Source: a virus (Duplodnaviria; Caudoviricetes). From it: a DNA stretch of 39,137 bases. The notes below the pieces were generated by a model. It saw only the letters and a program-made list of their open reading frames with translations. It did not search any database and was not told the DNA's origin. This document shows positions 24,921 through 34,569 of the stretch, in pieces. Every line of letters begins with the position of its first letter. Positions within the stretch are counted from its first letter, which is position 1. The position numbers and the translations under genes are program-made. The stretch spans positions 1-39,137 of IMG/VR virus record IMGVR_UViG_3300043772_000816; one strand, written 5' to 3'.

Positions 24921-26265
24921 AGCCACAATCGCAATCAGGGCGCTCGACCTAACGCGCCGAGTCTTCGTCGGCATCCAGCAATCGCTGGAGAAGCTGAAGG
25001 GACAGGTCAGCAACGCGACCGTCGCGATCGGTGCGTTCTTTACGTTCCGAATGGCGAAGAAGGGCGTGACCGAATTTGCGAACGCGCTGCGCGACGTCGA
25101 GAAGGACGCAGAGAAGTTCGGTGCCACATCCGAGGAGATCGACAAGGTAACGCGCGCAACAGGCGCGCTCGATTCGCTGATGAAGGCGCTGAAGATGGGC
25201 GCCGTAAATGCGGTCAACCAAATCCTCGATCTGAAGGACGCGCTCACAGGAGTGTCGAAGGTGGAGTCGGCAAGCATCGCGGACCAAATCCGCGCGGATC
25301 GTGACGCGCCGAAGATTAAGGAACTGACGAATGACCTAGCCGAAATGCGGAGGGAATTGGCCGGAGTCGGAGACACTCCGTCCCGTCAGTTTGGGCGATT
25401 GGCGGAAGAGATTCAGCGGGTAAATTCGGCAGCGAAAGACCCAGCTATTTCTCAGGCGGTCGACAAGTTGAATAGGGAAAAGGAGGTGCTCGGGCTTTCG
25501 ACCGATCAGCGCAAGATCGCGCTGAAGGTGTATGACGAATACGTTAAGTCCGTCGAAGCAACGACTGAGGCGACGCAGGAGTTCTACCAGAAGCAGATGA
25601 CTGCCGAGGAGCAGCAGATCGCGCTCGGCAGTTCGATGCAAAGACTGGTCAAGGAGATCGAGGCGTTGAACTCTACGCTTGGTCCCGACTTCATTCCCGA
25701 GCTGGCGACGGAAGAGGAGCTCGCGAAGATGGAGAAACTCATCAGCCTACAGGAGCAGTATCGAAACGTGCTGGCGAAGCGGGAAATTCTAGAGACGACG
25801 ATGCAGAAGATCGCTCGTCAGTCGGGAGAAACCATCGCGCAGTCTCTGGAGGATGCGATTTTTATGGGCGGCAAACTGAGCGAGGTGCTGAAGACTCTGG
25901 CTCAAGACCTTCTGAGATTGGCGTTCCGAGAAGCCGTGACGGCTCCGCTCGGTGCTGGATTAGGAGGCTTCTTCAAAAACCTTTTCCGCGCCAACGGCGG
26001 TCCAGTCGGCGCTGGCAATCCCTACATCGTAGGCGAGCGCGGTCCCGAACTATTCGTGCCTCGAAACTCGGGATCGATCGTCAGCAACGAACGCTTGTCC
26101 GGCGCCTCGATGGGCGGAGGCGGAGTGAACATTACCTACAACATCGCGGCTGGCGTTTCGCGCGCGGAGCTCGCTCCGATCTTGGAGATGGAGCGGCGTC
26201 GCTTGAAGGCAGAGATTCCGGATATGGTGCGGCGCGGCGGTGCGTATCGGACGGCGTTCGCCTAA
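24910..26265 (+). CDS. Tape measure protein (short, 451 aa)
   Basis: Helical; IAIRALDLT N-terminus; lambda-type C-terminus FRANGGPVGAGNPYIVGERGPELFVP. Confidence 0.9.
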   Translation: MAAEATIAIRALDLTRRVFVGIQQSLEKLKGQVSNATVAIGAFFTFRMAKKGVTEFANALRDVEKDAEKFGATSEEIDKVTRATGALDSLMKALKMGAVNAVNQILDLKDALTGVSKVESASIADQIRADRDAPKIKELTNDLAEMRRELAGVGDTPSRQFGRLAEEIQRVNSAAKDPAISQAVDKLNREKEVLGLSTDQRKIALKVYDEYVKSVEATTEATQEFYQKQMTAEEQQIALGSSMQRLVKEIEALNSTLGPDFIPELATEEELAKMEKLISLQEQYRNVLAKREILETTMQKIARQSGETIAQSLEDAIFMGGKLSEVLKTLAQDLLRLAFREAVTAPLGAGLGGFFKNLFRANGGPVGAGNPYIVGERGPELFVPRNSGSIVSNERLSGASMGGGGVNITYNIAAGVSRAELAPILEMERRRLKAEIPDMVRRGGAYRTAFA

Positions 26266-26270
26266 CGCTT

Positions 26271-26852
26271 ATGGCAATCACCTATCCAGTCACGCCGCCA
26301 TCGCCGTTCCGCATCTCTCGGCTTTCGCTCTCTGGCTTCTCGGCGACCTCGCGCAACGTCTCTCCGTTCACCTATCAGATTCAGCAATACAATTGGCCGG
26401 GTCAGGCGTGGTCGGGTCAGGTCGAGTGTCCGCCGATGGTCCGAGCCGATGCGGAGGCAGTCATCGGATTTCTACTCTCCGTCCAGCGAGGAACCTTTTA
26501 TTTCCAAGACTACGCCAACCCGACGACGCGAGGCACTGTCACGGGAACGCTGACCGTGGCGAGCGCTACCGCGAACACTAGCACGCTAGGCATTACCGGA
26601 GCGACCGGCACTTTCGCTGTCGGCGACTGGCTGCAGATCGCGACCTCGCTGTACAAGGTCATCGTCGTGAACTCATCGACGAGCGTTGAGGTCTTTCCTG
26701 CTCTGCGAGCGAGCTACGCAGCGGGAACTTCAATCGTCTACTCGAACGCGAAGGGAGTGTTCCGCCTCTCGGAACCGCTGACCAACTGGTCTATCGACCT
26801 AGCCAAGATTTACGGTGTCGGGTTCGGCATCGTTGAGGACGTAGCGCAATGA
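26271..26852 (+). CDS. Distal tail protein
   Basis: Follows the tape measure; SPFTYQIQ...W...PPM...GDWLQI...FPALR...GVFRL. Confidence 0.75.
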   Translation: MAITYPVTPPSPFRISRLSLSGFSATSRNVSPFTYQIQQYNWPGQAWSGQVECPPMVRADAEAVIGFLLSVQRGTFYFQDYANPTTRGTVTGTLTVASATANTSTLGITGATGTFAVGDWLQIATSLYKVIVVNSSTSVEVFPALRASYAAGTSIVYSNAKGVFRLSEPLTNWSIDLAKIYGVGFGIVEDVAQ

Positions 26853-27505
26853 GCATTACTACCGCAGGACGGTCCCTCTCGGCAGCGATGGTGACCGAGG
26901 TCACGACGACGCAGCTATCTCCAATCTTGATGGCGTCGCTGAACTTCTCGACTCCGGTCTACCTGTGGACGGGATACGGGAATCTGGTCTACAACTCGGT
27001 CACGTATCTAGGGCTCGGAACATTCGGCACGATCTCGCCTGTGCAGGAGACGACTGACCTAGCCGCGCGTGGCATTTCGATGCGCCTGTCTGGCGTCCCG
27101 ACCGCGAGCATCGCCATCGCGCTGACCGAGACGTATCAAGGACGCGAGGCGAGTGTGATGTTCGGCGCGCTGTCTCCGACGGCTGGCACTCTGATCTCGT
27201 CTCCGGTCACGGTGTTCTCTGGGCGAATGGACGTGATGCAGATCACGGACGACGGACAGAACGCAGAGATCATCCTGACCGCCGAGTCCAAGCTGATGGA
27301 CTTCCAGCGCCCTAGGGAACTCCGTTACACGGACGAGGAGCAACAGACGCTGTTCCCGACGTCGCCCTCGATCACGATGCCCGACCTCGGACTGGAGTTC
27401 GTGAATGACCTACAGGAGAAACCCATTTACTGGGGAAATCCCGCGCAGGCTTCGGGTACGGATTGGGAGGGAGGCGACAAGACTGGAACCCAAGGATACG
27501 AATGA
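26849..27505 (+). CDS. Minor tail protein (gpL / hub-like)
   Basis: LWTGYG...YLGLG...LSGVP...FSGRMD...RYTDEEQQ..FP.D.GLEFV...WG. Confidence 0.75.
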   Translation: MSITTAGRSLSAAMVTEVTTTQLSPILMASLNFSTPVYLWTGYGNLVYNSVTYLGLGTFGTISPVQETTDLAARGISMRLSGVPTASIAIALTETYQGREASVMFGALSPTAGTLISSPVTVFSGRMDVMQITDDGQNAEIILTAESKLMDFQRPRELRYTDEEQQTLFPTSPSITMPDLGLEFVNDLQEKPIYWGNPAQASGTDWEGGDKTGTQGYE

Positions 27506-27921
27506 TCCGCAAACCGCATTGGCCGAATCTCCTGACGCAGTTCATCGAGGAGCGGCGGGCGGTTCCTTTTGTCTGGGGACAGAACGATTGCTGCCTGTTC
27601 GCTGCAGACTGGGTTGAGCGCTGCACCGGGCACGATCCTGCCGCTGAGCTTCGCGGCAAGTATTCGTCGGCGCTCAGCGCGGCGCGCATCCTAGAGAAAC
27701 ACGGAGGCGTTCGCGGGATCATACGCACGTTCGGCGAGCCGGTCGGGCTGGAACGTATCGATGGGAAGTTCGATCAACGAGGAGACCTTGTCGTCGCCGA
27801 TACAGGGAACGGAGAAAGCATCGGCATATCGATTGGGACACACGCTGCATTTGTGGGAGCGCGAGGAATACTCTTCGCGCCGTTCGACTTTCAAAAAGCC
27901 GGGTTCTTCTGGCGCGTCTAA
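27502..27921 (+). CDS. NlpC/P60-like tail assembly protein
   Basis: PFVWGQNDCCLFAADWV...TGHD...RGKY...QRGDLV. Confidence 0.8.
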   Translation: MIRKPHWPNLLTQFIEERRAVPFVWGQNDCCLFAADWVERCTGHDPAAELRGKYSSALSAARILEKHGGVRGIIRTFGEPVGLERIDGKFDQRGDLVVADTGNGESIGISIGTHAAFVGARGILFAPFDFQKAGFFWRV

Positions 27922-27923
27922 CA

Positions 27924-30900
27924 ATGGCTGAAACAATCGCGATCTGGTTGCTCACGACGTTCGGCACGGCGAACGCCGCTGGTGTCGTCGTCGTCTCGAT
28001 GGCAACGCTACAGGCGGTCACGGCAATCGTCTCCTTCGTCGCTCTCGTCGGCGCGAATATGGCGGTCAACAAACTGTTGGCGCCAAAGATGCCGAGTTAT
28101 GATGATCCGTCGTTGGCGAGTCGGACGCAGATGGTGCGCTCGCCAATCGCCGCGCGTCAGATCATCTACGGTCAGACGAAGGTCTCGGGCGTTATCGTCT
28201 ATCTCTCTACGACCGGAACAAAGAACGAGTACCTTCATATCGTCGTAGCTCTAGCCGGGCATCAGGTCGAAGAGATCGGTGACGTTTACTTCAACGATGA
28301 ACTTGCTCTGACCGGCGCGGGCAGCGGAGCCACCGGGCGCTTTACCGGAAAGGCAGACATCTACAAGAAGCTCGGATCAGATACGCAGACCGTCGAGACG
28401 AACCTCGAAGCGGCGACGGCAAGCTTGACCAACGGGAAGTGGACATCGCAGCACCGGCTTCTGGGCATCGCGTACATCTACGTGCGCCTGACTTGGGACC
28501 AGCAAGTGTTCGCGGGAGGCATCCCGAACATCAGCGCGATGGTCAAGGGCAAGCAAGTGTACGATACGCGAACCGCGACGACGGCGTACTCGGCCAACGC
28601 TGCGCTGTGTCTGCGCGATTACCTGACGAACTCCGTGTACGGACTCGGGCTCAGCGCGGGAGAGATCGATGATACTGCCTTCTCAGTTGCGGCGAATATC
28701 TGCGACGAAAACGTCCAGATCCTCCCGGCTTCTCCGACCACCTACGAAAAGCGGTACGAGACGAACGGCGTGGTCTACACCAGCGCCAGTCCAGATGAGA
28801 ACATCGGCAAGCTTCTGTCGGCGATGGGCGGACTGGTCGCCTACTCAGGTGGCAAGATCATCCCGTATGCGGCAGGCTACCGCATCCCGACCGTCACGCT
28901 GACCGATAGCGACTTCGCTGGACCGCTGAGCGTTCAGACCAAGACAAGCGCGCGCGACCGGGTGAATGCAGTCAAGGGCGTGTTCGTCTCGGAGAAGAGC
29001 GAGTGGCAACCGACCGACTTCCCGCCTGCGACCTCGGCAACCCTGCTCGCGCAGGACAACGGCATCCGCTACTGGCGCGACGTCGTCCTCCCGATGACGA
29101 CCTCCAGTTCTTGCGCGCAGCGCCTCGCGCGGATCGAGCTCCTGCGAGGACGGCAGGAGATTACCTTCACCGCGCGCTTCCGTCTAGACGCGATGCAAGT
29201 GCGCGCTGGCGATACGGTGAAGGTCACGCTCGCGAAGTTCGGTTGGACTGAGAAAGTCTTCGAGGTCATCGACTGGAACTTCGTCTCGGATGGTCAACCG
29301 CCACAACTCGCCATCGAAATGACGATGCGCGAGACGGCATCGAGCGTCTACGACTGGAGCATCACCGATGAAATCCAAGTCGTGCAGGCGCCGACCACCA
29401 CGCTGCCGAATCCTTTCGTGCTCGATGCTCCGACGAATCTTAGCCTTGTCGCAGATGGAACGACGCAGCTAATCCAAGCAGACGGCACGGCGCTGCCTCG
29501 GATCAAGGTGGCTTGGTCTGCGCCGACCGAACAGTTCATTCAGTCGGGCGGTAACGTCGTGATAGAATACAAGCAGGGCAACGCCGTTACCTATCTTACG
29601 TGGGCCAAGGTCGGAGGAAATCAGGAGCTCGACTACATTTCTTCCGACGTGCGGATCGGTACGAGCTACAACGTTCGTCTGTATGGTGAATCGTACTTCG
29701 GTGTGGCTACTAGCTACATCTCGGCAAGTGTCGTAGTGGCTAAGGACACGACAGCGCCTGCTGTACCAACGGGACTCGCTGCGGTAGTCGGAACAGGACA
29801 AGCCGTGTCGTTGGATTGGAACGATAACACCGAGCCCGACTTCTCCGAGTACGGTGTGTATCGAAACACGACTGGCGTCACTCCAGCTAACGACACCATC
29901 AATAAGGTCGCAGAAGTTCGCGCGTCCCGATTCATCGATACAGAAGTCGTGCTGGGTACGACGTATTATTACTGGATCACGGCATACGATTCCGTCGAGA
30001 ACGTGTCCGGTTTCGCGACCCGAGTGCAGGCAGTGCCGACGTACATCTCTGGCTCAAGCGTTGATCAGACGCCTCCCAGCACTCCGTCCAATGCTACGTT
30101 CAACAGCGAAGCGACGTACATTTCAGCAGACGGAACTTCGTTCGCGCGTATCACGCTAAATGCTCCAGCACTTCCTACTGGTGCCGTTGCGCTCGACATA
30201 CTCTATCGCAGGAACGGATCAAGTGACTGGCTCGTAGCGAATCAACTGTCGGCTGGAAGCGTGGCGGTATCCATCGACGATCTAACGTGCGGCGTGTCCT
30301 ATGACTTCGCAGCGCGAGGAGTGTCCAACTTTGGCAAGCTGTCGTCAGTGTCGACTGCGCTTACTCGCACTGCTCCAAGTTCGGCAACCGGACCCGGTGC
30401 TCCGACTGGTGTTACGTACACAGGTGGTGCTGCTGCAAACTACGGACGCCCTCCAAGTATGTTCGGGTCTTCAGTCCAAAGGTCATTGCGCGTGAACTGG
30501 ACTGCTCCTGCTGACAAGACGGTGTCGTATTATGAGTGGGCCAATCCACCAACCGATACGACTGCTGCGGCTAATGCTGCGACCAAAGTTCGCACGACCG
30601 ATTTGGAAGTAATCATTGCTGCTTCGATCTGGGCGACTGGCTACTTCTACGTCCGAGCGGTTGATCGTACCGGAGTTGCTGGATCTTGGGCTGGAGGTGG
30701 TACAAACATCGATACGATTGCTGGCTACGCAGCTGGTAATATGACGAATCAAAATTCGTCTGCGGTAACTACCACTGGCATCAAGACCGGAGGCGGTGCC
30801 TCAACGCGACAGGTTAACGTCGTCTACGAAACCAACGAGGTTGTCGCGATCACCGCAGGCGGACCGTATTACGACGCGAACATCGACCTTACGAATCGCG

Positions 30901-31085
30901 GCTTTGCTGCCAAACCGGATGAAGGTCTGGTCATCGTTGAGGACATCTTGTACGCAGGCTTCTACAATTCTCAGGTCGCTGGTTCGACGAGCACGAATGC
31001 CGTGGTGAGAATCTTCCGAAACGACGGCGGCACTCTCGGTGCTGGCAACTTGCGGCTCTCGGGACGGTTCACGGATTACTCGTAA
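27924..31085 (+). CDS. Tail tip / host-specificity protein (gpJ-like) with FN3 repeats
   Basis: RQIIYGQTKVSG, HRLLGIAYIY, NAALCLRDYL, AQRLARIEL, FN3-like PAVPTGL...LDW...Y.VYR. Confidence 0.88.
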   Translation: MAETIAIWLLTTFGTANAAGVVVVSMATLQAVTAIVSFVALVGANMAVNKLLAPKMPSYDDPSLASRTQMVRSPIAARQIIYGQTKVSGVIVYLSTTGTKNEYLHIVVALAGHQVEEIGDVYFNDELALTGAGSGATGRFTGKADIYKKLGSDTQTVETNLEAATASLTNGKWTSQHRLLGIAYIYVRLTWDQQVFAGGIPNISAMVKGKQVYDTRTATTAYSANAALCLRDYLTNSVYGLGLSAGEIDDTAFSVAANICDENVQILPASPTTYEKRYETNGVVYTSASPDENIGKLLSAMGGLVAYSGGKIIPYAAGYRIPTVTLTDSDFAGPLSVQTKTSARDRVNAVKGVFVSEKSEWQPTDFPPATSATLLAQDNGIRYWRDVVLPMTTSSSCAQRLARIELLRGRQEITFTARFRLDAMQVRAGDTVKVTLAKFGWTEKVFEVIDWNFVSDGQPPQLAIEMTMRETASSVYDWSITDEIQVVQAPTTTLPNPFVLDAPTNLSLVADGTTQLIQADGTALPRIKVAWSAPTEQFIQSGGNVVIEYKQGNAVTYLTWAKVGGNQELDYISSDVRIGTSYNVRLYGESYFGVATSYISASVVVAKDTTAPAVPTGLAAVVGTGQAVSLDWNDNTEPDFSEYGVYRNTTGVTPANDTINKVAEVRASRFIDTEVVLGTTYYYWITAYDSVENVSGFATRVQAVPTYISGSSVDQTPPSTPSNATFNSEATYISADGTSFARITLNAPALPTGAVALDILYRRNGSSDWLVANQLSAGSVAVSIDDLTCGVSYDFAARGVSNFGKLSSVSTALTRTAPSSATGPGAPTGVTYTGGAAANYGRPPSMFGSSVQRSLRVNWTAPADKTVSYYEWANPPTDTTAAANAATKVRTTDLEVIIAASIWATGYFYVRAVDRTGVAGSWAGGGTNIDTIAGYAAGNMTNQNSSAVTTTGIKTGGGASTRQVNVVYETNEVVAITAGGPYYDANIDLTNRGFAAKPDEGLVIVEDILYAGFYNSQVAGSTSTNAVVRIFRNDGGTLGAGNLRLSGRFTDYS

Positions 31086-31090
31086 CGCTT

Positions 31091-31417
31091 ATGGCCTTCC
31101 AAAAAACCTTTACGCTCCCGAGCGGAGTCTCGGGAAATTACATCCGGCTGGTGACGCACCGCTGGGACCGCGCCGCGCGCGAGTGCTCCGCTTTGTTCGC
31201 GCTCTACGTCGACGCGACGGCAGCGCAGGACGGCAAGCAGCCGCTTACGCCGTGGATCGCAAAGCTGTGGCTACGAGGCGACAAGTTCGATGAGTACCTA
31301 TCGAACGAAGAATTAACTACGCCGGGAATCCTCGCGCAGTTGTACGTCGCGGCTAAAGCCGAGCCGCTCGCCTGCGATTTCGGGAGCGATGCCTTCGCGG
31401 ACGCGGTCGATGTCTGA
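31091..31417 (+). CDS. Hypothetical tail-associated protein
   Basis: MAFQKTFTLPSGVSGNYIR...LYVAAK...FADAVDV; last gene of the tail operon. Confidence 0.65.
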   Translation: MAFQKTFTLPSGVSGNYIRLVTHRWDRAARECSALFALYVDATAAQDGKQPLTPWIAKLWLRGDKFDEYLSNEELTTPGILAQLYVAAKAEPLACDFGSDAFADAVDV

Positions 31418-31440
31418 CCTCCTGTGCAATTTTGATTCTC

Positions 31441-31516
31441 CGTAAGTCGTTGGGAATCAGCGCTCTAATAAGGCGCTGAATTATTATCTCGCACAGCGCG
31501 GGCGGGCGTCTATGGT
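31441..31516 (+). promoter_or_regulatory. Putative early promoter region with copy 2 of the CGTAAGTnGnTGGGA motif
   Basis: Motif at 31441-31455; hairpin TCAGCGC/GCGCTGA 31457-31479; CTCGCA-17 nt-TATGGT (31488-31516). Confidence 0.45.
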
Positions 31517-31530
31517 CGGCGGCGTACCCA

Positions 31531-31956
31531 ATGAATAACACGATCAAGACCCGCACCGTCCGCTTCAGCTTCGGCACCGTCAAGGGCGCCGCCCTTCAGA
31601 TCCCGGCTCAGCCGACCAACCTCGTTACCGTCGCCCGCCTCATCCGCGAGTCCTACCTCGCTTGGATGTTTAGCAAGCCCGCGATTATGAGCGACGAGTG
31701 CCTCCTCTCTTGTATCGGTCGCGATAACTTCGAGGCGGGAGCGCTCGGCGGCTGGGAGACCCGGCTCGACGCGAAGTCCTTCGCGATGCTGAAGGACTTG
31801 GTCAACGACGATACCGCGATGGCCCTCGCGATTGTTCGCTACCGGAACGCCAACGCCAGCGAGCGTACCGTCTGGAGCCTCGCGTCGAAGATCGAGGGTC
31901 TAAGCGCCGAGGTCCGCGCGATGATGCAGCAGCTCGCCGCTCTGAAAGCCGCCTAA
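31531..31956 (+). CDS. Hypothetical early protein
   Basis: 141-aa ORF with coding-like codon bias. Confidence 0.7.
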   Translation: MNNTIKTRTVRFSFGTVKGAALQIPAQPTNLVTVARLIRESYLAWMFSKPAIMSDECLLSCIGRDNFEAGALGGWETRLDAKSFAMLKDLVNDDTAMALAIVRYRNANASERTVWSLASKIEGLSAEVRAMMQQLAALKAA

Positions 31957-32008
31957 GTTGAGGATTCATCGAGCCCTCCACGGAGGGCTCCATTGAGTTC
32001 TTAACTTA
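31954..32008 (+). other. Long internal-loop RNA hairpin (copy 2)
   Basis: TAAGTTGAGGATTCA/TGAGTTCTTAACTTA outer stem (with G-U pairs) and GAGCCCTC-CACG-GAGGGCTC inner stem; begins at the upstream stop codon. Confidence 0.75.
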
Positions 32009-32025
32009 ACCCAACGACCAACGAT

Positions 32026-32271
32026 ATGAAATTCAGCGAAATCAACCTCCGGTTTATCGACGCGCACGGCGACTGCATCGACGTCAATGGACCGTTCTCG
32101 AACGCGACCGACGCGCGCAATTCGCTCGGGACTTTACCGAGCGACACGGTCGCTTGGGTTATCGAGCGGACCTTTAGGTACACGCCGAGCTCGGGTCGGT
32201 GCAACGTTCATAAGATTCTAGAGCGCGGCGGTAACGCGGAGGCGCTCGCGCTCGGAGGCTGGGACAACTGA
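32026..32271 (+). CDS. Hypothetical protein
   Basis: 81-aa ORF with A/C-rich leader. Confidence 0.65.
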   Translation: MKFSEINLRFIDAHGDCIDVNGPFSNATDARNSLGTLPSDTVAWVIERTFRYTPSSGRCNVHKILERGGNAEALALGGWDN

Positions 32272-32281
32272 GGACGAACCT

Positions 32282-32479
32282 ATGCAAGACCGCATTACCT
32301 TCGACGAGATGTGCCGACTCGAAAACGAGCGGCGGAAGCGGGAGAACCCGTGGACAGCGGAAGACGAAGCTAGGGTCAGCGCGAAGCGTGAGCAGGAGCG
32401 CGCCGCCCTCGCCGCTTGGGAAGCTAAGAATCCACAGAGGCAGGACGAAGACGAAGACGAAGAGGAGGACGAATTGTGA
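32282..32479 (+). CDS. Hypothetical protein with acidic tail
   Basis: 65 aa ending QDEDEDEEEDEL. Confidence 0.6.
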   Translation: MQDRITFDEMCRLENERRKRENPWTAEDEARVSAKREQERAALAAWEAKNPQRQDEDEDEEEDEL

Positions 32480-32853
32480 AGCGCCTCGTCGCAATCCTCG
32501 CGCTCGCCTCGGCGACGCACGCCTCGCCGCCGGATTCGTTCTGGCGCGCCATCCACCTCGTCGAGACCGGAGGCAAGCGCGGTGCCGTTATCGGCGACAA
32601 CGGTCGCGCGCTCGGTCCGCTTCAGATCCATCGCTCGTACTGGCAGGACGCCCGCGTCGGCGGTCGGTACGAGGACTGCGCTGACCTCGCCTATTCGATT
32701 AAGGTCGCCTCCGCCTACCTCCGTCGCTACGCGCCGCAGGCGTGGGCTAAGGGCGACACCACCACTCTCGCGCGTATCCACAACGGTGGGCCGCGCGGTA
32801 ACACCAAACCACAAACGATCCAGTACGCAGAGAAAGTTAAGAGGAACCTATGA
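32476..32853 (+). CDS. Secreted lysozyme-like protein (i-type/destabilase-like or lytic transglycosylase)
   Basis: Signal peptide MKRLVAILALASATHA; AIHLVETGG...GDNGRALGPLQIH..YWQDA...LARIHNGGPRG. Confidence 0.8.
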   Translation: MKRLVAILALASATHASPPDSFWRAIHLVETGGKRGAVIGDNGRALGPLQIHRSYWQDARVGGRYEDCADLAYSIKVASAYLRRYAPQAWAKGDTTTLARIHNGGPRGNTKPQTIQYAEKVKRNL

Positions 32854-33275
32854 CAACGGAACAGTTCGACCGAATCATTAGCGAGTTGCGCGGTATCCGC
32901 GAAGCTCTTACTACCAATGCAAAACCGCCGACCGCTCCAGCAACCACGCCTACTCGCGATGCGTTTGCCGCGCGTCCTGAGATTCCGCAGCCGACCGCTC
33001 TGGTCGACGATCCTGACGCCATCGTGGTGCACTTCGGGAAGAACTCGGGAACGCCTCTTGGCGCTCTCGGAGAGCGAAGCATCGAGTGGTACGCCTCGCT
33101 TAAGGAGCCGAAGCTTGATCGGAACGGGAAGCCGTTCCCGCCTCGCGCCGTAGACGTCGCTCTGGAAAACGCCGCTCGTCAGATCATTCACCGCCGCCGC
33201 AACACGCTCTCAGCGGTTCCGACTACCGCTGCCGTACCGAACGACTTTGATTCAGTAGACTCCGAAGCCTTCTGA
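32850..33275 (+). CDS. Hypothetical protein with FGK-x-x-G motif
   Basis: VHFGKNSGTPLGAL...IEWY resembles ExoX-C/DUF3820-like small domains. Confidence 0.6.
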   Translation: MTTEQFDRIISELRGIREALTTNAKPPTAPATTPTRDAFAARPEIPQPTALVDDPDAIVVHFGKNSGTPLGALGERSIEWYASLKEPKLDRNGKPFPPRAVDVALENAARQIIHRRRNTLSAVPTTAAVPNDFDSVDSEAF

Positions 33276-33307
33276 AAAAAACCCTGCCACCGACCAAGGT
33301 GGCAGGG
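33275..33307 (-). terminator. Terminator-like hairpin with U-tract on the minus strand
   Basis: AAAAAAA then CCCTGCCACC-GACCAA-GGTGGCAGGG (perfect 10-bp stem). Confidence 0.6.
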
Positions 33308-33339
33308 AACCCAATAGACAACGAACAACGATCAACAAA

Positions 33340-33975
33340 ATGGAAGACGTAAAAAACACCAGCACGGAAATCACGCAGCGCAAGACGCCCATCGGCTTCG
33401 GCTCGACCGGCGTGCAACTCGCCTCGCTCGAAGAAGCTTTCCGCTTCTCGAATGCGGTGGTCGCATCCGGCTTCGCGCCGAAGGGAATGGAGCGACCTGA
33501 GTCGGTCCTCGTTGCGATCCAACTCGGCGCCGAGATTGGACTTAGCCCGATGGCGGCGCTGCAGAATACGGCAATCATTAACGGGCGTCCCGCGATCTAT
33601 GGCGATGCCGCTTTGGCTCTCGTCCGGTCGAGCGGCTTGCTCGTCTCGTACAAGGAGGAGGAGATCGGAGAACCGGGCGCAGACACGCAGGGCTACCGCG
33701 TCACCGCTGTCCGGAAGGGAGATCAGTCGGCGGTCGAGACGTTTACCATAGCCGACGCGAAGAAGGCAAAGCTGTGGGGAAAGGCGGGACCGTGGTCGGA
33801 TTACCCAAAGCGTATGCTTCGATTTCGCGCGAGAGGTTACGTCCTTCGCGACCTCTTCGGCGACATCTTGAAAGGTCTTAGGACCGTCGAGGAGGCGCGG
33901 GATATCCCGAGCGAACCGATCAACGTCACGCCTCTCTCGGAGAAGGTCGCGACCGGACTAACCGCCAACCTTTGA
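33340..33975 (+). CDS. recT: RecT-like ssDNA annealing protein
   Basis: AIQLGAEIGLSPMAALQN..IINGRPAIYGD...FTIADAKKAKLWGK.GPWSDYPKRML..RAR...LRDLF.D.L.G...EE. Confidence 0.85.
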   Translation: MEDVKNTSTEITQRKTPIGFGSTGVQLASLEEAFRFSNAVVASGFAPKGMERPESVLVAIQLGAEIGLSPMAALQNTAIINGRPAIYGDAALALVRSSGLLVSYKEEEIGEPGADTQGYRVTAVRKGDQSAVETFTIADAKKAKLWGKAGPWSDYPKRMLRFRARGYVLRDLFGDILKGLRTVEEARDIPSEPINVTPLSEKVATGLTANL

Positions 33976-33979
33976 GCCG

Positions 33980-34267
33980 ATGAACCAGATCAAGACAGCG
34001 ATCATCAACAGCGCGGCGGAACAGTTCCGCAGCTTGTTCGAGACCAACTTCGAGAACATCCGGAAAGCCGCGACCGAGTCCTTCATCGAGGACGAAGCAC
34101 AGCACGAACTTCGCGCGAAGGTCTCCGTCGTCGTCGAGTTCGATGCCGTCGCTGAAGTCTCGCGCGTGACGGTGAAGCTCGGATGGTCGGCGCGTTATCG
34201 CGACGAGAGCGAAGCTCAAGTCGATCCGATGCAGACGAAGCTGCCGCTGGAAGGAGGTGCACTGTGA
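33980..34267 (+). CDS. Hypothetical protein
   Basis: 95 aa; ends DPMQTKLPL, a possible beta-clamp-binding-like motif. Confidence 0.65.
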   Translation: MNQIKTAIINSAAEQFRSLFETNFENIRKAATESFIEDEAQHELRAKVSVVVEFDAVAEVSRVTVKLGWSARYRDESEAQVDPMQTKLPLEGGAL

Positions 34268-34569
34268 ACCTAGACAGCATACAGAATTGGCTAGCCGAGG
34301 AGCAGGAGCGGCTGGGCAAGAAGCACAGCAATATCCTCGAACACCTTCAGCTAAACGTGCGCGCAGACATCGTTCGCGTGTGGGCTTGGGGAAAGCGGGA
34401 GCCGGATCGCGATCTGTATCGCTGCGGAGATGGAGCTAACTTCGACGAGGCAATCCACGACCTGACCAAAAAGTTCGAGTGCACGCAGAAGAAGGTCGAG
34501 GAGCTACGCAACAATGCGCGCGATTTGTTGCGCCGCGCCAGCGAGATGGAAAGGAGCCTCGACAAATGA
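34264..34569 (+). CDS. Hypothetical protein
   Basis: GTG start overlapping the previous stop, preceded by GGAGGT. Confidence 0.6.
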   Translation: MNLDSIQNWLAEEQERLGKKHSNILEHLQLNVRADIVRVWAWGKREPDRDLYRCGDGANFDEAIHDLTKKFECTQKKVEELRNNARDLLRRASEMERSLDK

